From a virus, in IMG/VR virus record IMGVR_UViG_3300013132_000041, positions 11,569 to 75,568 of that record: DNA of 64,000 nt; one strand, written 5' to 3'. Made by a program: the position numbers and the translations under genes. Positions 28,795-38,896 of the stretch are shown piece after piece. Position 1 is the first letter of the stretch. Every line of letters begins with the position of its first letter. Below the pieces are notes generated by a model. That model had not been told where the DNA came from and did not search any database. It saw only the letters and a list, made by a program, of their open reading frames with translations.

Positions 28795-30143
28795 GATCTG
28801 AGGATGTCCTGCAAAAAGCAGGTGAAGTTATAATAGAATCTATGAAATTACTTAGTGTTAATAATACATTAACTGATCTTGATGAATTTTTAATTGAATT
28901 AAATTTGTATGAGGATATATTTACCAATTTTATGCGAGGTGAAATATCTTTGTCTGATAGTAGAAATCTAATTCAAAGTTTGCCTATAATTGGTGAAGAA
29001 TACTTATTACTTAGATTTAGAACACCAACTTTTCCTAACGCTATAGAAAAAACCTTTAGAGTAGTTCAAATTACTGATAGAAAAATTGTAAGAGATAATA
29101 ATACGCAAACTTTTGTATTACATTTTGTTTCTCAAGAATTAATAGCTGACGTTTTGCTTCCATTGTATAAAAGTTTTGAAGGAAGTATTGATGATGTTGT
29201 TATAGATATTTTTACTGATAATCTAATGATGAATAGGGAATTTGAAACTAATAGTGATGAATCTATTCTCAAGGAAATAGAAATAGTTACCCCGTTAAAA
29301 GTAATTACAGAAACAGAAAATAAAGTAAAATTTGTAAGTCCAGGTTGGTCTCCCTTTAAGTGTATTAATTGGTTGGCATCTAAAGCAATACCTAAAGAAG
29401 GTAAAGCATGCAATTTTTTATTTTTCGAATCTAATAAAGCTTTTTATTTTGGTAGTATAGAATCAATTTTTGATTTTACAAATAAAAACAAAAGTTTTTT
29501 AGGAACCTATACTATATCAGCATCTAATATCAAAGAAATAGGCAACAATACTTTAAACAGAGAATTTTTTATCACAGAAAGTGTTGATATGGTAGCCACT
29601 ACTGACCACATTAAAAATTATACCAATGGATATTTGGCAAATAGATTAATAACATTAGATGTTTTTAATAAAGTATATGAATTAGTAGATTATGATCATA
29701 CAACAGAATACTTTAATTATAAGCATACCTCAGGTGAAAATGCTATTCCAATTTTTGCAAAAGACAGTTTAAGAAATCCTGCATCTAGTGTGCATTTTTA
29801 TCCTATTAATCCTAAACTATACAATAATTTTACTGGTAATATTAACGAAAAAATTAAACAAATCTACGGAAATAGAAAATCCTCAATGCTTGAATTAACT
29901 AATTTAAAGTTAAATATTAATGTGCCGGGTAGAACAGATGTAGAAGTTGGTTCAATGTTAAGATTTAGTTATCCTGAACTCGGTCCACAAGACAACCCAA
30001 ATACTAAAAATGAGGATATTCAGTATTCTGGGTACTATATTGTTACGGCTATCAGACATAAAATTACTAAAACTGATACTATAGAACATAGAATGATTAT
30101 GGAAATTACTAAGGATTCACTTGTAGTGGGTGGTGACGTATGA
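28791..30143 (+). CDS. Baseplate hub protein (gp27-like)
   Basis: Between gp53 and gp5; LYEDIF, LPIIGEE, FLFFE, SGYYIVTAIRH. Confidence 0.7.
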   Translation: MRSEDVLQKAGEVIIESMKLLSVNNTLTDLDEFLIELNLYEDIFTNFMRGEISLSDSRNLIQSLPIIGEEYLLLRFRTPTFPNAIEKTFRVVQITDRKIVRDNNTQTFVLHFVSQELIADVLLPLYKSFEGSIDDVVIDIFTDNLMMNREFETNSDESILKEIEIVTPLKVITETENKVKFVSPGWSPFKCINWLASKAIPKEGKACNFLFFESNKAFYFGSIESIFDFTNKNKSFLGTYTISASNIKEIGNNTLNREFFITESVDMVATTDHIKNYTNGYLANRLITLDVFNKVYELVDYDHTTEYFNYKHTSGENAIPIFAKDSLRNPASSVHFYPINPKLYNNFTGNINEKIKQIYGNRKSSMLELTNLKLNINVPGRTDVEVGSMLRFSYPELGPQDNPNTKNEDIQYSGYYIVTAIRHKITKTDTIEHRMIMEITKDSLVVGGDV

Positions 30144-31219
30144 ATATTTTTAATAAAGATGGATTTATATGGTGGATAGGTGTTGTAGAAGATAGAATGG
30201 ATCCTGAAAAATCTGGCCGTGTACGAGTAAGAATATATGGATATCATACCGACGATAAATTATTATTACCTACTAAAGATTTACCTTGGGCATTACCTAT
30301 AACTCCCATTACATCTGCGTCTATTTCAGGTATAGGTTCAACACCCTTAGGCCCAATTGAGGGTACTTGGGTAATTGGTTTTTTCCTCGACGGCGCTGAT
30401 ATGCAGCAACCTGCTATTTTTGGAACGATAGCTACTAAAGCTGCGCCAAAAGTATTTGTTCAAACTGAAGAAAAACCTGTAGTGGTAAACACGAATGATG
30501 GCATATTGAAAGATAGTCAAGGGCAACCCGTAGTAGATAGTAGTGGGCAACCAATAAGAGCAGGAGTGCCAGCAGTGGAAGGTTGGGAATTAGGGCAAAC
30601 TTCAGAAAAATATGAAACTGGAGGAAAAGGTCCAGGCACTATAAACAACTATGCTAACACTGGAGATTTTGGAGGAGCGTCATATGGTACTTATCAGTTT
30701 GCTTCCTATTTACCCGAAACATTACCAAATGGTAAAGCCAGACCTAATTCCAAAAAATCGCCTTTAAAAGATTATTTAGCAGCATCTAGATATGGAGAAA
30801 AATTTACAGGAATGGAACCAGCTACATCTTCATTTGATAATATGTGGAAATCGTTGGCTGCATCCAATCCTATAGAATTTAAAAAAGATCAACACGATTT
30901 TATACAAACTAAATACTACGATGTAATGTTAGCTAGCCTTAAAAGAAAAGGCTTGGATTTGTCTAAGTTTGGCCCGGGGGTGCAAGATCTAGTATGGTCA
31001 ACTGCAGTTCAACTAGGACCTAATAGAACAAGTGTTTTTACTACACCTTTAGAAGGTAAAAGCGAATTGACCGATAAAGATATAATTGAACTTGTATCTA
31101 ATTTTAAAATTAACAGCGTAGATACATTTTTTAAATCAAGCTCAGATAATATAAAAACTAGCGTTAAAACAAGATGGCAAAATGAAAAAACAGATTTGCT
31201 TAAACTGGTACAAGCATGA
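30140..31219 (+). CDS. gp5: gp5 N-terminal part: OB-fold plus VgrG3-type lysozyme-like domain
   Basis: WWIGVVEDRMDP..GRVRVRIYGYH, GFFLDG; SEKYETGG.GPGTI...DFGGASYGTYQF, VWSTAVQLGP, RWQNE. Confidence 0.82.
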   Translation: MNIFNKDGFIWWIGVVEDRMDPEKSGRVRVRIYGYHTDDKLLLPTKDLPWALPITPITSASISGIGSTPLGPIEGTWVIGFFLDGADMQQPAIFGTIATKAAPKVFVQTEEKPVVVNTNDGILKDSQGQPVVDSSGQPIRAGVPAVEGWELGQTSEKYETGGKGPGTINNYANTGDFGGASYGTYQFASYLPETLPNGKARPNSKKSPLKDYLAASRYGEKFTGMEPATSSFDNMWKSLAASNPIEFKKDQHDFIQTKYYDVMLASLKRKGLDLSKFGPGVQDLVWSTAVQLGPNRTSVFTTPLEGKSELTDKDIIELVSNFKINSVDTFFKSSSDNIKTSVKTRWQNEKTDLLKLVQA

Positions 31220-33561
31220 GTGATTCTATTACTAAATTAGTAGGAGGTAGATTAGCTTCATCTTTAGGTAAAGCATTTGCTAGTCAAAATAATTTACCTA
31301 TCAATAATACAGTGTTGAATACTATTATACCCAGTATTTCCACTAACATTGCTAAAGAAACTACAGGTATAGTTAATAAAGAAGCAAATTATCAGCTAAA
31401 CGAAATTCCTAAAAATTTAGTAGGTATTAATAATCCGGTAAATATAGTTTCTGGAAATATTCCTACATCTGCTTTGACCAATACTTTAAGAGATAATTTA
31501 GATGGCAAAGTTTATTCTGACGTAAATAATTCTATTTTACGAAAAGTAAACGAAGTGCTTAGTTTAAATTTACCTGGTGGTAGTAATAATCCTAGTTTTG
31601 AAAGTTTAAAAAATAATATTTTAAATTCTGTTCAAAATGATGTCGACAGAATAGTTAATTTAGCTTTAGGTAATTTTACAAATGGTGTTTTTAGTACTGG
31701 TATAACAATTCCGCCCATAGTGCCAGGTATAGATAATTTATTTAATTCTGGTGATTCAAGTATCGGATTGCAAAGATATGATGATCAATATAACTCAGCA
31801 TTAGTAGGTAAAGCGTTAACAGAATCTCAACGTTTTAATCCTGTAAATTCAGAAAATATTGCTAAATTGGAAGTAACTAGAACAGGTTTTTCTGATCCAA
31901 CTGCAACCTACCCAACTGAGGAATATAAAAACAGACCCGATACAAATAAACTAGCTACGGGCGACGTAAACGGAACAGTAGTTCAAAAGAAAAATGAAGA
32001 ACGGATGATTGGGGCCAAATTACCAGGCAATTCTTCTTGGTCACAGCCCGAATCCCCCTTTAAAGGTGAGTATCCATACAATAAAGTTACACAAACAGAG
32101 CAAGGTCACATTATTGAAATAGATGATACGCCAGGTGCAGAAAGATTACACATATATCATAAATCTGGAACATTTGTTGAAATAGATTCCAACGGCTCTT
32201 TGGTAAAACGAACCAAAGGTTCCAATTATGAAATAATAGATAGAAACGGATATATTTCAATAGCAGGTAAAGCTGATATTTCTATAAATGGAGCATGTAA
32301 TATTTTTGTGGGAAATGATGCAAATATAGAAGTTGAGGGTGATACTAATATTACATGTCATAATGATATTACTGCACAAGCAGGCGGTGCTTTTAGATTA
32401 TCTGCAGTTGAAAGTTTTAGTATTAGAAGTGCTAATGTATTCATAGAAGCAGACAATGAATTAAATGTTTTATCTGGGAATGTTACCAAATTATCGTCTA
32501 ATGTGATACATGGTAATGCTATATCTAATATGTTTATCTCCTCTAAAGATTATTATGGTAAATATAACAACAATTATTACATTGAAGTTTTGAATGATTC
32601 CCACCTTAAAGTTGCAGGCGACCAATATATTTCATCAGATAATTTTTATAATAAACAATCTGCTTCTTTTTATGTAGAAACAGGTAATGATTTACATCTT
32701 AATGTAACGGGTAATTTTAATGCAGATACAGGTGGTATTTTTGATTTTGCAAATGGTTCCGCAGACACATCGAAAAATGCTTTGGAATCTTTAAGAGCAA
32801 CAACTGCTTTAAATTCATATGCAGGATTAATGATAGGTAGAAAAGATATAAATTACATAGATATAGCTGATCCGTTGTTTCTTACAACAGCAGATTTGTA
32901 TGTATTGTCCGCAGAAGAACCAAATGATTCTGAAACAGAGGTAAATATAACTAGAAAGAACGCATCTACTGCAGGAATAGTTTCTAAGGAAAAATTTGAA
33001 GAAATACCTGTACCTTTAGTATCAGATAAACCAAAAAGTGATAACAGTATTTTCATAACACCTGGCGCAGAACTTAAAAGTATTTCAGAGGCACCAGATA
33101 ACTTTAATTTGTCTCCCAATTTTACGTTGGGTATGCTTTCTAGTAAAGCCGCAGTGACAAAAAATAAACTTACAGCCCAGGCAGGAAGAACATACGGAGA
33201 ATTACTATTTAATCTAAGCGCAATAGCTTTGAATATATGTGAGCCTGTTCTTAAATTATATCCTAACATGTACGTTACTTCGGCTTTTAGATTATCTGGT
33301 AATTCTTCATCCACATCGCAACATCCATTGGGGCAAGCAGTTGATATTCAATTCAAAGGAGTAAGTAAAAAAGAATATTATGAGATTGCTAAAATTTTAG
33401 CAACTAAGTTGAACTACGATCAATTACTGTTAGAATATGCAGCAACTACTAATAATCCCTGGATACATATATCTTTGGATGTTGCAAAAAATAATAGAAT
33501 TCAAGTGATGACTTTTAATGATCATAAAAAATATGCCGATGGTTTGAGTCAATTGGCATAA
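31216..33561 (+). CDS. gp5 C-terminal part: beta-helix spike plus C-terminal M15-type Zn peptidase
   Basis: YPYNKVTQTEQGHIIEIDDTPGAERLHIYHKSGT; TSAFR..SQHPLGQAVDI...WIHIS. Confidence 0.8.
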   Translation: MSDSITKLVGGRLASSLGKAFASQNNLPINNTVLNTIIPSISTNIAKETTGIVNKEANYQLNEIPKNLVGINNPVNIVSGNIPTSALTNTLRDNLDGKVYSDVNNSILRKVNEVLSLNLPGGSNNPSFESLKNNILNSVQNDVDRIVNLALGNFTNGVFSTGITIPPIVPGIDNLFNSGDSSIGLQRYDDQYNSALVGKALTESQRFNPVNSENIAKLEVTRTGFSDPTATYPTEEYKNRPDTNKLATGDVNGTVVQKKNEERMIGAKLPGNSSWSQPESPFKGEYPYNKVTQTEQGHIIEIDDTPGAERLHIYHKSGTFVEIDSNGSLVKRTKGSNYEIIDRNGYISIAGKADISINGACNIFVGNDANIEVEGDTNITCHNDITAQAGGAFRLSAVESFSIRSANVFIEADNELNVLSGNVTKLSSNVIHGNAISNMFISSKDYYGKYNNNYYIEVLNDSHLKVAGDQYISSDNFYNKQSASFYVETGNDLHLNVTGNFNADTGGIFDFANGSADTSKNALESLRATTALNSYAGLMIGRKDINYIDIADPLFLTTADLYVLSAEEPNDSETEVNITRKNASTAGIVSKEKFEEIPVPLVSDKPKSDNSIFITPGAELKSISEAPDNFNLSPNFTLGMLSSKAAVTKNKLTAQAGRTYGELLFNLSAIALNICEPVLKLYPNMYVTSAFRLSGNSSSTSQHPLGQAVDIQFKGVSKKEYYEIAKILATKLNYDQLLLEYAATTNNPWIHISLDVAKNNRIQVMTFNDHKKYADGLSQLA

Positions 33562-33576
33562 CCGATAAATAATAAA

Positions 33577-33840
33577 ATGCCTGGAATTTCAAGAGTAGGT
33601 CTAGATACCGCCGGAGGCTTAATAGTTGGTGTTCTGCAAACTAAAGTTAAAGTAGAAAATAGATATGTAGCCTTAATAGGTGCAGCAATTCAAAGCCATG
33701 GTAGTGGATCGCATGGCAGTGCTATAATGATCGGAGGATCTTCTAAGGTTTTTATACAAGGTATAGGTGTTTGCCGACAAGGTGATAGTGCGTCGTGTGG
33801 ACACTTTGCTACGGGTTCATCAAAAGTTTTTGCTGGATAA
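33577..33840 (+). CDS. PAAR-like spike tip protein (gp5.4-like)
   Basis: MPGISRVG.D, H..GSH, GSSKVF, RQGDSASCGH. Confidence 0.85.
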   Translation: MPGISRVGLDTAGGLIVGVLQTKVKVENRYVALIGAAIQSHGSGSHGSAIMIGGSSKVFIQGIGVCRQGDSASCGHFATGSSKVFAG

Positions 33841-33841
33841 A

Positions 33842-34243
33842 ATGGCAACGATACAAAGAAATACTAGAGAATTTACAGATTTTAGTTTAATTTTTAATGC
33901 ACATCCCTCTACTTTAGATGTGGTAAAAAAATCAGATGCTGACGCTATTAAACAATCATTAAAAAATTTATTATTAACTAAACATTATGAACGACCATTT
34001 CATCCCGAAATAGGATGCCAAATTCATAGTCTATTGTTTGAAAATTGGGATCCAATTGTTGAAAGAACAATGCAACAAACTATTTTAGACTTGGTAAATA
34101 AATTTGAACCAAGGGTTAAGATATTAGATATACGAATAAATCCTTTACCTGACGACAACGGATTAAATATTACTTTGGAATTTAAAATAATTAATACTGA
34201 CAGACCTGTGACATTCACAACAGCTTTAACTAGAGTACGATAA
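33842..34243 (+). CDS. gp25: Baseplate wedge subunit gp25
   Basis: AIKQSLKNLLLT...ERPFHPEIGC, FEPRV; start set at ATG 33842. Confidence 0.9.
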   Translation: MATIQRNTREFTDFSLIFNAHPSTLDVVKKSDADAIKQSLKNLLLTKHYERPFHPEIGCQIHSLLFENWDPIVERTMQQTILDLVNKFEPRVKILDIRINPLPDDNGLNITLEFKIINTDRPVTFTTALTRVR

Positions 34244-36093
34244 TGGCTAACCTTAGAATAGCAGAGCTTGATTTTGGCACTATAAAATCTAATCTTAAAA
34301 CTTTTCTAAAAGCACAGAACGAATTTTCGGATTATGATTTTGAGGGATCGGGATTATCTACTTTAATTGATTTATTGTCCTATAATACTCATTATAATGC
34401 ATATCTGGCAAACATGTTAGTAAATGAAATGTTTTTGGATAGTGCAGTAAAAAGGACGTCAGCTGTATCGATTGCAAAACATTTGGGTTATACTCCTAGA
34501 TCTGTACGAGGAGCTAGAGCAACTATAACTGTTCAAGTAAATAGCCCAACAGGATCTCCATCCAATGTTACAATGGATAGATATACGCCGTTTACTACTA
34601 CAGTTAACGGTACAAGTTTTACTTTTTTAAATACTGTTCCATATACTGTTACTCCATCTGGCGGCAATTATATTTTCACAGATATTGAGATAGTTGAGGG
34701 TCAAAACTTTGAATACAAATACACAGTAGCATCGCCAGGTCCTTCAGAAAAATTTGAAATACCTTCCGAAAACGTTGATACATCTACACTTAGAGTTTTA
34801 GTACAAAATTCATCTGCTGACACTATACAAACTGTGTATTCGTTATACAATGAATTATCAGCAGTCGAATCAGATTCTTTAGTGTATTATATTGAAGAAA
34901 ATGCTAACGGTAGATATCAAATTTATTTTGGTGATGATGTTTTAGGGAAAAAACTTATAGCAGGAAATATAGTAATTATTCAATATTTGGTTTCCAGTGG
35001 TTCAGATTGTAATGTATCTAGCTTGTTGCCTCAAACCTTCTCTCTATCCGGAACTATAGATGGTAATAGTAATGTCACTATAACTGTAGGAAGCAATTCT
35101 ACAGGTGGGGCTCCCAAAGAAACTATATCAGAAATAAAATTTAACGCGCCTAGGCAATATTTAAGTCAAAACAGAGCAGTGACATCTGATGATTATAAAA
35201 CTATAATACAAACTAATTATCCTTTAGCACAATCAATAGCAGTTTGGGGAGGGGAAGACAATGTGCCTCCTATATATGGTAAGGTTTTGATTTCACTTAA
35301 ACCTTATGCGGGTTATGTAATAAGTAATTTGACAAAAGAATCCATAAAAAATGATATTCTTGCATCTAAAAAAGCTATAGGTATACAAATAGATTTTGTG
35401 GAACCTCAATACTTTTATGTTAATTTAAATGTAACAGTAAATTACAATAGTAGAAATACTACATTATCTAATTCACAAATTAAAACTTTAGCTACTAATG
35501 CTATAACTAATTATTTCGCAAACAATCTTGAAAAATTTGATGCTGATTTTTATCTTTCTAAGCTATCGAAAGCTATAGATGATTCAAGTTCTGCTATAGT
35601 TGGCAGTCTTATAACTTTATCTTTACAGAAAAGAATTGAACCTACTCTTAATGTAAATAATTCTTTTTTAAGTAGTGATTCTATTAGATTTTTTCATAAA
35701 ATTAAACCATATGGTATTTCTTCCACACGATTTAATATAATAGTTGGGACAGAAACAACTGCAGTTACAATAACTGATACACCGAACGATACCCCTATTA
35801 ATGACAACGGTTTAGGTACTTTAATTTTAAAAAATGTATTGACGGGTTCTACTGTAAGCACAAATATAGGATCAATAAATTATGCTACAGGTGAAATTAC
35901 TATTACGTCTTTGTTGCCAATAGGTTATCCTTCAGGTCAAACAGATATAAGAATTAATGCCAGATTGCAAGAAGCTTCTTACAATCTAGTTGCCAATAGA
36001 GAACAAATTATAGTTTTAGACGATAGTACTTTAGATCCTCTTGCTAGCAGACAATCTGGTTTAACTGTAACTGCCTTAGATATAGCATTGTAA
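34243..36093 (+). CDS. gp6: Baseplate wedge subunit gp6
   Basis: ELDF..IK.NL, DYDFEGS, LSYNTHYN, QNRAVTSDDY, WGGEDN.PP.YGKV. Confidence 0.93.
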   Translation: MANLRIAELDFGTIKSNLKTFLKAQNEFSDYDFEGSGLSTLIDLLSYNTHYNAYLANMLVNEMFLDSAVKRTSAVSIAKHLGYTPRSVRGARATITVQVNSPTGSPSNVTMDRYTPFTTTVNGTSFTFLNTVPYTVTPSGGNYIFTDIEIVEGQNFEYKYTVASPGPSEKFEIPSENVDTSTLRVLVQNSSADTIQTVYSLYNELSAVESDSLVYYIEENANGRYQIYFGDDVLGKKLIAGNIVIIQYLVSSGSDCNVSSLLPQTFSLSGTIDGNSNVTITVGSNSTGGAPKETISEIKFNAPRQYLSQNRAVTSDDYKTIIQTNYPLAQSIAVWGGEDNVPPIYGKVLISLKPYAGYVISNLTKESIKNDILASKKAIGIQIDFVEPQYFYVNLNVTVNYNSRNTTLSNSQIKTLATNAITNYFANNLEKFDADFYLSKLSKAIDDSSSAIVGSLITLSLQKRIEPTLNVNNSFLSSDSIRFFHKIKPYGISSTRFNIIVGTETTAVTITDTPNDTPINDNGLGTLILKNVLTGSTVSTNIGSINYATGEITITSLLPIGYPSGQTDIRINARLQEASYNLVANREQIIVLDDSTLDPLASRQSGLTVTALDIAL

Positions 36094-38864
36094 TGCCAAC
36101 AACAAGAATAAAAGAAAAATTATCCACACTGGTATCAACTCAATTACCAGAACACATAACCTCAGACTATCCTACCTTTAGATTATTTTTAGAAAAATAT
36201 TATGAATTTTTAGAACAAGATCAAAATGCCCAAGAATTACTTCAGAATGCTAGATCATATGCCGATATTGATAGAACTATAGATTCCTTTGTTGATTATT
36301 TTATTGATTTGTATGCAAAAGGTATACCTAAAACTATATTATATGACAAAAGAGCATTTGTAAAACATGCCAGTGATCTGTATAAGCATAAAGGTACAGA
36401 AGATGCTTTTAGAATTTTATTTAGAATCTTGTTTAATGAAGAGATTGATTTTTTCTACCCAAATCAAGTTATATTAAAACCGTCAGATGGCAAATGGAAT
36501 AAAGATTACGTTCTAAGAGCTAGTGCTATTACCGGCAGTCCTTTTGATTTATCCGGAACACAAATCTCAGGCAATTTATCAAATGCTACAGCATTGGTGG
36601 AATCAGTTTTAAGTTTTGCTTCTGGGTCTGATACAATCTATGAAATTTATCTTAATTCTGATAGTGTTATTGGTAATTTTATAGGCGGCGAAAATATTAT
36701 TGGAAGAAAACTTACCAATATTAGCACCCTAGCCAGTTCTGTTATAACAGCAAATTTATATCCTATTGTATCAAAAATTGATATTGTAGATGGTGGTTTA
36801 GGATATGTTTTAAATCAATCTATTTCTATTGATAGTGCAAACGGCACCGGTGCTTCAGGTGTTGTAACAAGTGTTACTGATGCAGGCGCAATCAGAGAAA
36901 TACAATTATCAAGTTATGGCTACAAATATGATACAAAACCTAACGTAACGATTTCATCGCCTACTGCTACAGTAATTGGAACATATAAAATTGTCTCTAA
37001 TGTGGCAACTATAAGATTATCAAATAATCATAGTTTATTAGTAGGAAGTAATGCCAATGTTACTTTTACTGCAAACACTTTAAGTGACTTAAATGGTTCC
37101 ACTAAGACTTTAACAATATCATCTGTACCTAATTTAAAAACTGTAGTTATTTCTAATATAGCTCCTTTTAGAACCGGTGTAATAACTGCACAAAATGCTA
37201 ATACTAGTGGAAATGTTACTTTATCATATACCACTAATAAATTTCTGACGGGAAGATTTACTATATCAGATAATTTAGTAAGAACCACATTGGGTATAGA
37301 ACACGGTTTAAAAACTAATGACAACGTAAACGTTATTTTCAATAAAACAGATGTTGATTCATATACTGCAGATTTTAAATTAAAAAATTATAATAATGTT
37401 ACTGTTGGATTTTCTGAAACACATAATTTTGTGGTCAATGATAAAATAAATGTTACATTTGATTCTAACTATACTAATTCAACAATAGGCACATATGTAT
37501 TAAAAACATTACCAGGAGCGTCATCAAATACTGCTAATTTATATTTTAATACTGCCCCTCATTCGTTTTTGACAGGACAAAATGTAAATGTAAAATTTGG
37601 TTTAACAATAACTAATGCAGTATCAGGTACATTCTTAACTATTGCCAATGTAGGTATAGCATATCTTAATACCCCACATTCGTTTAAAGTTAACGATTCT
37701 ATTAATGTAAGTTTTACTAGCGCATTGTTGACTGATGATATAGATAAGACATTAATAAAGGGTAATGCAAATATAACACTAGGTAGTAATGCATTGGTCG
37801 GTAATGATACTACATTTTTATCTAATTTAACCGTAGGTAATGCTATAACTGTTAATTTGGGTAATTTGTATTATGTAGCTAACATAGCAAGTAATACATT
37901 AGTTTACTTAAGCTACAAAGCTAAATCAAGTGAAACATTTGCAAATGTTTATTTGGCTACTAGTAATCTTAATAGTAATTCCACTATTACTGCAGTAACA
38001 CTTGTACCCAACAGTAAAAGAATATTTTTTAGTATTGCTGATAAACCAAATACTTCAGGTGATATAGTTATATCTAATAATTTTACTAATAACTTAGTAA
38101 ATACTTTTATGACCGCTGTAGTTGTAGGAAACGGATATCCCATCTACAACTACATAGATGTAGCTTTACCGTCTGGATTTGCTAATGCTAATAGTAGAGG
38201 TGTTGTAACTGTAACTAATCAAGACGTAAGTAATATTATAGGAAATACTGCTTCACAGGTCACCGTTTTAGCAATCCCAAATAAAAAATCTATTGTTTTT
38301 GAATCTAATATATCATCGAATATAGTAGCGTCCAATGGAACAGTTATAGTTAATAGTGATTTGCCTGGGGATATAGAAGATTTTTCTAATGTTTTTTCTA
38401 TTTTATCTGCCCCAAATTTAAGAACAATAACGTTTGCATCATCTAATGCTAATACTAGAGGTAATGTAACAGTTTTTTATAGTAAAGCAGCAAATCTACA
38501 AGCAAATATAGGAGCTTTAGGAATAGGACCAGGCAGTTGGTTAGACGACTCTGGTAGATTAGATGAATCATTCAAGATACAAGGTAGAATAGGCACAGAT
38601 GAAAGGGTATATTATCAACCGTTTTCGTATGTTATAAAATCATCTCAACCACTTTCCGCTTGGAGAGAAGCAGTTAAAAAGTTATTACATCCTGCAGGAT
38701 TTGAGGTTTTTGGTGAGGTCGTATTAACCACAACTATTAACGAAGTTCAAAATGTGACTGCTCAAGCCAAATTTTTCCCAATAAAAATTGTTGGTAATGT
38801 TGATTCTAGTTCTACAACAGTATTAGCGGATACCTTAGAATATACCGCAGACAATCTAACTTAA
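36093..38864 (+). CDS. Baseplate wedge protein (gp7-like) with a long Asn-rich insertion
   Basis: FLEKYYEFLE, LYKHKGTE..FRILFRILF, PSDGKW, YYQPFSYVIKS, HPAGF; between gp6 and gp8. Confidence 0.75.
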   Translation: MPTTRIKEKLSTLVSTQLPEHITSDYPTFRLFLEKYYEFLEQDQNAQELLQNARSYADIDRTIDSFVDYFIDLYAKGIPKTILYDKRAFVKHASDLYKHKGTEDAFRILFRILFNEEIDFFYPNQVILKPSDGKWNKDYVLRASAITGSPFDLSGTQISGNLSNATALVESVLSFASGSDTIYEIYLNSDSVIGNFIGGENIIGRKLTNISTLASSVITANLYPIVSKIDIVDGGLGYVLNQSISIDSANGTGASGVVTSVTDAGAIREIQLSSYGYKYDTKPNVTISSPTATVIGTYKIVSNVATIRLSNNHSLLVGSNANVTFTANTLSDLNGSTKTLTISSVPNLKTVVISNIAPFRTGVITAQNANTSGNVTLSYTTNKFLTGRFTISDNLVRTTLGIEHGLKTNDNVNVIFNKTDVDSYTADFKLKNYNNVTVGFSETHNFVVNDKINVTFDSNYTNSTIGTYVLKTLPGASSNTANLYFNTAPHSFLTGQNVNVKFGLTITNAVSGTFLTIANVGIAYLNTPHSFKVNDSINVSFTSALLTDDIDKTLIKGNANITLGSNALVGNDTTFLSNLTVGNAITVNLGNLYYVANIASNTLVYLSYKAKSSETFANVYLATSNLNSNSTITAVTLVPNSKRIFFSIADKPNTSGDIVISNNFTNNLVNTFMTAVVVGNGYPIYNYIDVALPSGFANANSRGVVTVTNQDVSNIIGNTASQVTVLAIPNKKSIVFESNISSNIVASNGTVIVNSDLPGDIEDFSNVFSILSAPNLRTITFASSNANTRGNVTVFYSKAANLQANIGALGIGPGSWLDDSGRLDESFKIQGRIGTDERVYYQPFSYVIKSSQPLSAWREAVKKLLHPAGFEVFGEVVLTTTINEVQNVTAQAKFFPIKIVGNVDSSSTTVLADTLEYTADNLT

Positions 38865-38867
38865 CTA

Positions 38868-38875
38868 TATAAATA
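38868..38875 (+). promoter_or_regulatory. T4-type late promoter TATAAATA
   Basis: Exact consensus upstream of gp8. Confidence 0.75.
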
Positions 38876-38896
38876 ATTTGATAACAGAATAAAAAA

